Below the pieces are notes generated by a model. The model was not told the DNA's origin, did no database searches, and saw only the letters and a program-made list of their open reading frames with translations. Positions 37,701 to 48,576 of a stretch of DNA of 64,000 bases are shown here, piece after piece. Each line of letters starts with the position of its first letter. Within the stretch, counting starts at the first letter, position 1. Position numbers and translations under genes: made by a program. The DNA lies in contig OZ241832.1 of NCBI GenBank assembly GCA_965202585.1, positions 31,000,001 through 31,064,000 on the forward strand, given 5' to 3'. The DNA comes from Thalia democratica (taxonomy: Eukaryota).

Positions 37701-40012
37701 TGTCGACGAATGGTGTTTTTTATATACAGCTGGGAGGTAGTTTCTGCAAATCTGCAGAAACGTATACTTGTATGCAAAAAAAAATTGCTTTTATTTCAAC
37801 TTGAAAATACTCTGCTCAGCTTTTAGTATCAGTTTTGCACTCCTGGGAGATAATTTTGACATATATGCACTCTTTAGCATTTGTAGTCTCGCAAAGATTA
37901 AACGAATTAAATTTATTTAGCGCGTTAAAGCTTTAATTTGACAAAAAGCTGCATTGAAAAATTGAGTTTAATGAAAGCTGTAGCTTCAAAAATCAAAATC
38001 ATACAATTTTATGTTACAAAAGTTTGCATAATTTGTTGTTACTATTGACTACATTAAATGTTTCATTTTCAAAACAATATAAATGTTTTTGAGTGAAATT
38101 GTGATATTCGTATACATACTTATTTTAAATGAAAATATTTTGGGTTTACACAAGTGGCAACACATAAAGAGTCATAGGGGTTGTGGAGCAAAATAAATTA
38201 CCTTGTATACAGTTATTACTCGTAATTCAACATTCCATTTTCGATGTATTAACACAACTGCATCGTTTCAGATTAAACTAAATGATATTAAACGTAGTTT
38301 AAATTGCCGTGTTCCCGCTAGGACGTTATCACGCGTCATTTCAGATGTTTTAGTTTTTGTAGATTCGTAACTTTTTTGAGCTAGCTACGTCCCTAATACA
38401 CAGCAAATACATACAAGCATCTTAAAAACCCAAATTTGATACTTTGAAAGTAATCTAAGGAAACAAAATGCAACAAATTGTTAGAGAGCAAAAGTCTATA
38501 AGTTTTTTTTTACAGTTTTTTTTACATGCTATAATAAGGTTTTTAATTTTTCTAGGTAGAGCGTCTGCTCCAAAAATCCACGCCAAGTTTGGTTAAAATA
38601 ATTTAGGTTAGTGTTAGGAAGGGTCTGATTGAAACGTTGAGGTGTTTCCCCTAATATTTGCAGAGTCACTAAGTCCATGTTTTTTTTTGCAAAATTTTTA
38701 ATAAAGTTGTAATTTGATTGTTTTATTTTAAAAATCTGGTTCAAACTCTATCCCTAAACTTCTTAATTAAGGTTTTAACTAATTAGGATTAATTAAGTTG
38801 AAAAAACTTTAATCATCATAGCTGAAATATTCTTTTAATTAAAATTGTATTAATAGACTTAGCACACATTTTAATTATTGTGTAGCCGGTAACGACTTGT
38901 AAACGAGGAAAATTTACAAGTATTTAAGAGACCGCTTAATTTAATTCTTTTCAAAAAATTTTAATAAGAATTAAGTACCATAACAACTATAAAACATTGT
39001 AAATAAAACTTAAATTAATCTGATTAATACTTCTAAGTTCTGCTAAGCATTAAATTTTTTCAAGTTAGCATCTGCTTCGATAAGTACATACCCAAGTCAC
39101 TGCTTACTAGTTAATGGTTGAAACTTAAATTATCATAAAAGATATACAACAAAATATTTACTGTTTATTAATTTTTCAACTTGCTTAAAAAAATAAAATA
39201 AGGATGTGATTTTTCTCCTGAAGATTGTTTTGGTAAGGAACCGATGATTTATAATTGTAATAAATTTTTACTACCTTGAAGATAAATGATAAGTGAGCTT
39301 ACATATACTTATTATCACAACTTTTGCTGTTTGTAAACTTTACTTATTACAACATTCCATAGTTTACAAGTTATACATTAAATTTTGGAATTAAAAATCG
39401 GTTTTTTGAATTGAAATATTCCAACAAAAATATCTTCAATTATATTATAAGATCCAGTCTACTTTTAAGTTTCTATCAAACTAGCAATTTTAGAAGAAAA
39501 AACATTACATAAACAAATCCAAGTATTTTGTTAATGGTTATATGAATCGTAAATAATAAATATAAAAAAGAGAACTTCTACAAAATAAATAACAATTATT
39601 ATACAAAAGCTTTAGAGGGATTTTTTTATGTTTTCTACGGTTTTAAACTACAAAATAATAAAGTATAATATTGTTCAAAATTTTTAGAAAACTATAATTT
39701 CGTTAAGCAGGCATATTTAAATAAGATGAAAACAAGTTTAAATTTTTTTTATTTTAAGTTATTAAAAAAGAAGTTCAAAGCAAGTAAAATTACGAATTAA
39801 TTGTAATTAGGAGCAACTTGTTAGATGATGCCAACGATTCGAATTTCAAGCAAGATTATAAAACAGTTAAAATAGAAATAAATAAGAATTTTTAATTTTT
39901 TTTCAATTAAATCATAATAACTGAGTTTCTCAACACAAAGGTTATTTTATGAACATAAGAAACCTAAAAGACTTGATTTTGGTAACTGCACTCGATTTAA
40001 TTTCTTTGTCGT

Positions 40013-41540
40013 TTAAATTCCTGGGTTTGATCCGTGATGTCCTAAACTCTGAGTCTGATTATTTTGTGCTGATGCTTGGTTTCCCTGAGAATGTCTTCTT
40101 GAAGATGCTTGGTTGTTTTGAATTTGATTGTTACCACTATTTTCAGCAAGTTGTCTGTTTTGTATTCTTTGCAAACGTTCATTACTAAAGTGCACTGCGA
40201 TTTTATAGAGAAAACCGTTAATGTTCGGCGTAGGCCTTATCTGGTTCAAAAAGTTGCAGTAGTTTACATGGTTTTGGTAGTGGTAGTCATAAATATCAGC
40301 AAAGCGATTTGTTCGATGAATGTTGTAAACATTTAAAGGAACGTTAGGCGTACTGTTTATTATAGGTTGGTTTTGATAAAGCTGATTTGATGCACTGCTT
40401 ACATCTTGTTGATTAACTCGATTTGTTGTATTACTAACTGCCGAAGTAAAAGGCTCACTATTCGCTGTTGACAAACGTCGAGCGCTTTGAAGTTTTTTTA
40501 AAAGTCTTTGATATTTAATATCTGGCTCATCCAAATCCTTTATGTTATAAAACCAAATTTCAACTTTTAACTCGTCAATACCAATTTCTCTCGCTATCTC
40601 TTTCATTTTTTCAACTGACAACTCTTTGACATTGCAGTGCTTTTCAAAGGACTCTTCTAATGTTCGCTTTTCATTTTCACTGTACTCAACCATCCGAAAA
40701 AACGAGCTTTGTATTTTAAGACGTTTTCTTCTGCTTTGAAAGTATCGAAAGACTGCCAGTTTTTCCGCTTTTAGTATCTGGCTCATAGTAGCATATTCTG
40801 GTAATGACGGTTTTGGGTTCAAACTAAAGTACACTTTCGCCAATGGAATTTGATTTCTCTCGAAAATTCTTTTCCTCAAGTCCATTCTATTCATTTTACT
40901 GAACCATTTCGACACAAAATCTCTACTTTTCCCAGTCATTTCAGACAAAAAGTTAATATCAGTTTCTTTCGGGTGCATATTGTCAAGAAAAAATCTGGCG
41001 AGCAGTTTTTCGCAACGTTCGTCGTCACTCAAAGAAGTTTCTCGACTGCTTTTATTAAGCGTGCTTGTCAATGAGACGTCTGGTGATTCTTGAGTCAAAT
41101 CAATTACATTGGATCCTACTAAAGAAAAAGTTTGAGGTTTTTTTTAATTTTTTTAATTAATGGTATGACTTGAGGTATTTTGTCTGCAATTTTGCTAGTA
41201 GATGGTATGTCTTGAGGTTTTTGTTTGTAAATTTACTAGTGGATGGTATGTCTTGAGGCCTTTCGTATGCAAATTTACTAGTGGATAGTTTGTCTTGAGG
41301 CCTTTCATCTGCAAATTTACTAGTTGATGGTATGTCTTGAGGTCTTTCATTTGCAAATTTACTAGTTGATGGTATGTCTTGAGGACTTTCGTATGCAAAT
41401 TTACTAGCATATGTTATGTCATGAGGTCTTTCGTTTGAAAATTTGCTAGTTGAAGGTATGTCTGCAGACTTACATTTATAAATATTTTCCGAAAAAAAAC
41501 TTGAAGAAGATTCACAGCTACCTTTTAAAATTTTATACAT
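40013..41540 (-). CDS. Divergent triple-homeodomain protein with N-terminal 14-aa tandem repeats and a SIM; about 510 aa if two 1-bp homopolymer deletions are corrected, otherwise a young pseudogene
   Basis: Three homeodomain folds in ORF 40013-41098: L..FF.DNMHP......L...TG.....V.KWF (F20/P26/W48 spacing), L...YF..NP.P...........V..YFQSRRKR, and YSENEKRTLEESF...........IAREIG.....VEIWFYN. ORF 41157-41540 joins it in the paralog at 55931-57343, where both parts are in one frame. Confidence 0.8.
41161..41466 (-). repeat. Coding minisatellite, 42-bp / 14-aa unit (ERPQDIPSTSKFAx), about 7.5 copies
   Basis: Repeated forward-strand unit aaatttactagt(t/g)gatggtatgtcttgagg(t/c)ctttc; translated repeats are visible in the ORF track. 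Confidence 0.95.
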
Positions 41541-44500
41541 TTTTTGATTTGAGCGTTTACTAGATTTTTTTGGGGTTTTGTAATTGGTTTTCTTAGAAAT
41601 TTAGTTGGAAAATTTGAAATACTTGATTTTTAGTTTATAACTACTAAAAATTTAAATAAATAAGATTTAAAAACTTATACTTTTACTTTAAACTTTAAAA
41701 TTAAAGCTAATACAGATCTAGTTTGGCTATTATTACGTAAATTAGTTTCATGTCTATTACTTTTAAAGTTATGATGAAAATTTCCAAAAATTTATACCGT
41801 TTTTTAAGATAAGTTATGTTTATTGATTTACTTAAATTTATACTAGATAGATAAATAGCCTCAATAAAGTTTAATCTTATTATTCAACTAAAAAACATAT
41901 TAAACTTTGAATAAATTAAAAGTAAAATTTGTGTTTTTAAATAATACCTTTTAACTACTGCTAAATAGACAAGTAAGTAAAAACAAACTAACTACCCAAA
42001 AAAGTTTGATTCTTTTCATTACTTGAGGGTGGTTTACCAGTGCTTTCGTTAAATGCTAAAAAAGTTTTTTTTTTTAATTTTTTTATTTTTTTCACTATGT
42101 AATAAAAAGTATATTTCTAAATAAAGGTTTTTATAAAATATGAAGAGACACTGTAGCCTGAAATGGTAAGTTTTTGGTGTGACTAGAGCACACAACACGC
42201 AAACTACTTACTTTTTTTTATATATAAAACTAAGAAATTATAATTTTTCAAAAAAATATTTATAAAATAAATTAATTTAGACTTTATTTTTATACATAAG
42301 AAATGTTACATAGTTGCTTTTAAAATATTTCTATACAACTGGTAATTAAATACTCATGCTATTTCTTTTAAAATTTGTCAAAGTTATGAAACAAAAAATT
42401 TAAAATAAAGCTATTTTATTTTAAAAAATAAAAGTATATTAGAAAAAAAGTTTGTATTTTCAGGTTTATTTATTATTTTTAAAAACATTGTTTAAATGTT
42501 TTGACTCATAATACTAAAAATAAAACTCCTACAATATCTTCACGTAATAAAAGTATGACATAAAATAAATCGTAGGTGTTGAATTTAAATAAAATATAAT
42601 CACAAAATTACTCTTTTATATGTAGTAAAATTTTGTACATTAATACAACTAAATTCCCATAACTGCTACAATGCTCCAGAGTCCAGACCATACTTGGTTA
42701 AAACCATAATTGTAAGTGTTAGAAAGGGTCCGATTGAAACGTTGAGGTGTTTCCTCGAATATTAGCAGAGTCAGAAAACTTTCAAAAGCCTTTTTAAAAT
42801 TTTTTTTTAACTTATATTCTTATCACTAACCCATCTTAATCAAACACATTAAATATAACAAAAAAAAAAATCATAAAAAAAAACTCATTAAATTTACCGA
42901 CTTCGCAAATATTAGGGACAACACATTAATGTTTCAACAAGACTCAGAAAAAAAAATCCTTTGCAGTAAAATTTTAGCTTTTACTTTAATTAATTTAAGT
43001 TCTACTGCCGAGAATTGTTTAACAGTAAACACAGTGATTTATACCAAGTTTTCTCAACACTAGTAGCGCTACTGGTAGATATATATAAGTAAAGTTTTCC
43101 TAGACATCATCTTAACTTTTAATTCTTTTTAAAATTATTACAGTTTTAGTTTTACTGTCAGATTTAATTCAGATCGGTTAAAAATAATTAGTCTGAATCA
43201 GATTTCAAATTCAAATAACCGTGAATACTGAACAATCGTATTAAGTTGTTTTTCGATGCACGAGTAATTTAAGCAGGTTTTCCTCCTAATCTGGCAATTA
43301 TGCTCTGAAGTTTGAATAAAAGATTGGAATTTTAAATAAAATAGTTGTAAAATTTGTTAAGACTTACTTTTTATCGCTTTGTACACCAAATCTTACACCA
43401 AATATTTTATAAACTTATAACAAACATCAAAATTAATATTTGTTTTTAGGAAAATCTTTGATTTTCTATAAATAGTCTAGTTTTTTGAAGGTTTTTGCTA
43501 TCTTATAACTTTAATTATAACTTTTCTTAACATATTATAGTCAATATAAATGTTCCCCTCAAATTACTTTACAAAAATTTACAAGTCACACTAGTGCTGG
43601 ACATTTTTAACACTAAATTTTATCAACCTACCATTTTCAAGAAATATCTTGCCATTTTTTCATATATGTAAATAATTAATGCAGTTCTAATTTTCTAGTT
43701 TTATAATTTTTTTTATAAGTATTAAGTTAAAATTCAGATAAAACAGGTGTTAGTTGTAATGATTGTATGTTAAGTTTGAAATATAAAATGATTGCTATAA
43801 GTAAGTAAGTGTTTTGAATAAATAGTTTTTAGATGTCATAGTAAAACAAGGTTTACATATAATTAACATTTCTATATTAATTAACCTGATAAATTGTAAT
43901 AAACACCCTTAAATATGCTATTTTCGTTTTCATACAGTGTGATACTTTAATATTATATAATATTCTATCAAAAAAATTTTGATTTAACTACAGCTATATA
44001 ATTTAATGATTTAAGGAAAAAGATGATAGATTTTAAAACACATTCTATGATATTTATTTTGTAGCAATAAAAAAAATACAAGGCTGTTTAAAAAGTCTAT
44101 ATAAAAGTTTTATTAATTTTAATTCTTTTTATCATATAAGTTATCTCAACTTCTATAAATACTTCCATTATTTTTTTTTGTAAGAAATACAAATCTTATT
44201 TAGTTCGTTGTAAATATTAGATAAATAACCAATATACTGTTAATAGATACTGAACCTAGTTACACTATAATAAAAATTTTAGTTATTTTGTACTTAGTAA
44301 AACATTTTCTAATAGTTTTGTTGTGTCTTAAAATTTGTTTTACTTCGTCATTTTTGTTAAGGTAAGCTAAGAATATTTTTTATAGAACTTTATGTTAACT
44401 GCATTATTAAAATCATATCATTTAAAATAAAAGTATAACTTTTAGCTACTTGACTTAAGAATGAGTAAATAAATTAACAATGCTTTTTTAGATATAAGAA

Positions 44501-45219
44501 AAAAAAAGTTATACTATTTTTTATAGTTATTATAATAAAGACTATACAGTTTGAGTTACAGTAAACTTTTAAAAATAGCATTTCAAGTTTTCAAAAGATG
44601 AAAAAAACCTCGTTTGCAAATTTATATATTAAAAGAAATTTTAAATTCTTAAATTTTTATTTTGTATAAGAATTGAAAGACAAAAATATTGTAGTGTAAA
44701 ACTAAAGTTAGTTTGTAATTTAAAATTTTAAATATTAAAAACTGTGTCATCAATTTTTATTATGAGTTAAGGGGTCATATTGATAAAAATGCCATAAGTT
44801 TATTAAAAGGTAAACTGTGAAGGGTATTGTCCCAGTTTTAGTCTACAAACTTATTATAGCACTGTCAGAATATAAGTACCTAAAGTCACAATAGAACTGA
44901 AAAAATCTAGTCAACAGTCACAATAAAATTTACAAAATTTAAGTCCAATTAAATTAATGAAAATGTATGAGTACAAACAACTTGTGACCAATTTTAAGTC
45001 ACAGTAACTCATGTTAAACTTATTTAAGACTCTTGAATATTTATAGAATTAAAAAGTAGACAATATTTGTAAGTAATTAAGACATTAAAGACCATTAACA
45101 TGCTGATATTTATAGAAGTTTGTACCATAGGAGTTTGCTTAGGCATGATAATTGAATGAGATTTGTGATTAAAAAAGTTCTTTCAATCATAATGTTAATG
45201 TTTTTTTGTCTAGTTATTC

Positions 45220-45679
45220 CAGGGTTGCCACACACTCAATAAATTCAAGGAATTCGGATAATTCAGGGAATTTTGATTCTTTTTTTTACTCAGAAAAAAC
45301 TCAGGGCAGTTTTGGTTTTTTCTAAAAACTTCAGGAATATTTTAATTTCATATATATATTATATATTTAAGGGAAATTTTGAGATAAAAAAAAATCTCAG
45401 GAAATTTTTTTTCTAGATCTAGAGTGAGATTTAGTTGATAAAGTTTTAATATTTTGTTCAAAAACATTAATTTTATTTATTTTTTGTGTTTTTTTAAAAA
45501 TATTTATCCTTGCGTCTAGATCTTTAATACTCTTAGAATTAACATTGTAATTTTTTAATAAATATTATAATTTTTAAGCTTTTGAAAACATCTCAGGCAT
45601 ACTTAAGGAACTTTAGCTTACTCAGGGAAGTTTTTGGTCATTCAGGTAAGATGATTTGACTCAAAGAGTGGCAACCCTG
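45220..45679. mobile_element. MITE family 2 at the same site as 10012 and 30555
   Basis: cagggttgcca...tggcaaccctg; TSD tattc/tattg (one mismatch). Confidence 0.85.
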
Positions 45680-46038
45680 TATTGACAATGTTTGCTAAAT
45701 AAATATTTAAAAACAGCTTTTGATATCTTTGAGTACTATTAGTTTTCTAAATGTGAAGGCTTTATAACTTTTTGTTGTAGATATTTAATTTCCTACCACT
45801 GTGTAGTTAAATGCTCCTATTTTATTAGTTTTAAGACTAATTTATTGTTTTGTATTTTATAAAATTAAAATAAAACATTTCTGCTTTAAATAACTAAGAG
45901 AAGTTGGACTGGTTTTGCAATAAAAATTACTCTTATTTACCATTGCCATGGCTTTAAGTAAAAGAAGAGAAAGAGGTTCTTTAAAAATGGCAGGAAGAGG
46001 AAAAGTAATGGTTAACAATTTTTTTGCTGTACCATTTA

Positions 46039-46407
46039 CAGGGTAGCCACTTTGTCTGGAATCCTGAAAAAACCTGAAATTTGACAATTTAGGCAAAAAA
46101 AAAAAATTAAAAAAAACCATGATTTTGAGAATTTTGAAAAAAATTTTAAAAACCTGAAATGTACAATAATCACTAAAAAACCTGGAAAAACCTCGAACTT
46201 TGACAATTTTCACATGTTCAGTAGTAAAATTTAAATTCATTAAATACATTTTTTAAAAAGCTTCACAGTATATTTTCAATGTTTTTATACTATTTAACAT
46301 AGTTTCTTACCTTTAACTAAACTTTAAACTAAAAATGTGTACTTATAAAAACATGGAAGAAATTTGGAAAATCTTTTAAAAAATTTGAAAAACGACTGGC
46401 AAACCTG
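46039..46407. mobile_element. MITE family 1 at the same site as 10829 and 31372
   Basis: cagggtagcca...tggcaaacctg; TSD cattta/catttg. Confidence 0.8.
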
Positions 46408-46980
46408 CATTTGTTTGAATATCAAATATTATTAAACCACACAACCAGGAAGCAAGATGGTCTTAAGCAAGTTTAATTTTTCAAGATATGTCAAGATAAA
46501 CTAGCCACAGTGTGATTGCAGTTTAATTGCAGTCAAGACCTTCCAGACAGAATTCTAGAATTGAACTTATTAGTAATTAAACTGTATATTGTAAAGCTCC
46601 TTTTAAAATAATTCTATTAATATTAATAGATTACTTGGTTTTAATTCCAAGTAACTATTTTTAATTTAATATACATTCTAAAAGTATGTTCCTGTTAGAA
46701 TTAACTTTAGTGTAAACTTTTTGAACAAAATTTAAGGTATTCTTCAAAGTATAATGTTCTTTGATATTAAATAATTGACATTTTGTTTAATATAAAGTAT
46801 AACCACTAAAAGTTAAATCTAGTATTTACTAGTATAGAATACCTTTTATAACATTTTTTTTGTAATTAAAAATTATTTATAGTTTTCAGTGTGGTTTTAC
46901 ACCACAGTATAACTTTACAATATAATATTTATTAGTTTTTTTATTTTCCAGGCTATTTAAATGTTTATAAAAGATTAACT

Positions 46981-47271
46981 ATGTCAACACAACATAGTCA
47001 AACTAAAAATACTACAAAGAGAGTACAACTAGATGGAGTTGATGAAAATGTAAGCAGTATTGCAGAATACAAAAGGCTTGCTATTCTGAAGTACTGCAAT
47101 GAAAATGGAATTGAAAAAAATCAGCTAGATGAATTATCCATTTCAAATGAGCTTCATAAATTTGGTTTATTTTGTTTTTTTATTACATTGATAATAACAT
47201 TTATCTTTGAATTCTGTAAAAGTTTCCTCTATGTTCGTGATATAACAAACTACGGTAGTACTCATTATTAG
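46981..47271 (+). CDS. Small-ORF paralog (96 aa if unspliced; about 61 codons if it is exon 1 of Kelch copy 5)
   Basis: Same conserved core. It lacks the TAA found in the 11686/32233 copies and has a phase-1 GT at 47165 at the position homologous to the 17217 donor. Confidence 0.72.
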   Translation: MSTQHSQTKNTTKRVQLDGVDENVSSIAEYKRLAILKYCNENGIEKNQLDELSISNELHKFGLFCFFITLIITFIFEFCKSFLYVRDITNYGSTHY

Positions 47272-48067
47272 CTACCTTACGCACAAATTTTCTTTTAAGA
47301 AAACAAAGGTAACTCATAAACCTTAGTTTGCTAACCTTAAATTCTTTTTTTTTTCTATTTATGAATTTAACTGTATGAGGTTTATAGTTAAACTATCAAG
47401 CTTAAATTTTAAACAACGGTAAGTCATCAACTAAGAAGCTAATCTCATATAAACAATAAGCTGTTAATCATAATTTAATCTAAGGAAAAAGCTTTGTTGT
47501 CAGTTTAGAATATAATTTGAAAAATTTATGTTTTATTAAATAATTCCCAGCCTGGTTTAGAGCAGGGTTTCCCAAAGTGGGCGATATCGCCCCCCTGGGG
47601 GCGATTTTAGTAATTTGGGGGGCGATAATTAGTAAGGGGGCGAAAGGGTGGGCGATAACTAGTAAGGGGGCGAAAAGGGGGCGATTTTGAAATTTTGGGC
47701 TGTCATAAGATTTTTACTTTTTTTCTTGCTATTTTACTAATTTTAGCTTGCTATTAATTATTTGACCCTAAGGTAAAACTTAAACAAAAAAGATAATTTT
47801 ATTTATGTAAAAAATAGAAAAAAAATCAAGTGCTTATGACTCCTACTTTCAAGTAAATACTATACTTTCATTCATATATTTCCTTATTTAAAAATTACAT
47901 AGATCATAGACGATTGGAATCCCTCTCACTATTTTATAACCTGACAGATATGTTTTTTGGGATCATAAATGGTAAAAATTTATGTTATTTATTTTTAACT
48001 ATAACCTTAATATATTTCCAGTTGTTTTTTGAAAAGTCACTAAGTTAGAATAAGAAATAAAACTACA

Positions 48068-48220
48068 CAGGGTTGCCAATTTACCTAGAAACCTGGAAAA
48101 ACCTGGAATTTGACAATTTAGCCAAAAACAAACTTGGAAAAAATCTGGAATTTTTAACAATTTTAACATACTAAGTAGTAAAATTTAGAATTGACACAAA
48201 AAGCTATCATATCGATAAAA
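48068..48220. mobile_element. Left-end fragment of MITE family 1 nested in the hAT element
   Basis: cagggttgccaatttacctagaaacctggaaaaacctggaatttgacaattta..., homologous to the left halves of 8535 and 10829. Confidence 0.8.
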
Positions 48221-48222
48221 AT

Positions 48223-48576
48223 ATGGATTCCTTCGAGGCAGATATTTTTGAAGTAAACGACTAACAGGAAACCTTCTCAGACTTACAAACTGACCTTGAA
48301 CTTAAAGTAAATTCTTCCAAAGAACGATATGAAAGCTTTTGGACTCAACAAAAACTAAGGCAAAAGTATCCAATCATTTGAAAGGAATTTAGATTGTTGT
48401 TTATAGCTTTTCCTTCTAGCTATATTGTTGAGAAAGCTTTCAGTTCAGTTATCAACATCTTGAGCAAAAGATCTTATCTAGATATTTATAAAGGAGGTGA
48501 CTTAAGGCTCTATTTTACTGATTAAGAATCAGATTAGAAAAAACTTGCAAGCAGTCATGAACCTCATCCTTCACAT
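48223..48576 (+). pseudogene. hAT (Buster/ZBED5-like) transposase C-terminal dimerisation-domain remnant
   Basis: My translation: ...YESFWTQQKLRQKYPII*KEFRLLFIAFPSSYIVEKAFSSVINILSKRSYLDIYKGGDLRLYFTD*ESD*KKLASSHEPHPSH. It shows the F(P/A)SSY.(C/V)E..FS motif and the terminal H.SH of Buster-type transposases, with four stops. Confidence 0.88.

Noticed and set aside
41110-41160. Apparent NAGNAG splice acceptor (tttag/tag; ctag/cag at 57035) suggesting an intron between repeat ORF and homeobox ORF
   Set aside because: No suitable donor upstream, and in the 57-kb copy the two ORFs are already in frame (KL*KPLTLPLAGSNVIDL). A continuous exon is simpler, though not excluded without cDNA.
41161-41466. 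CRISPR-like regularly spaced repeats
   Set aside because: Contiguous coding tandem repeats without unique spacers, in a eukaryotic context with no cas genes.
45857-46249. 130-aa minus-strand ORF
   Set aside because: Runs through a MITE and low-complexity flank; not open in the paralogous regions at 10.7-11.0 and 31.2-31.6 kb.
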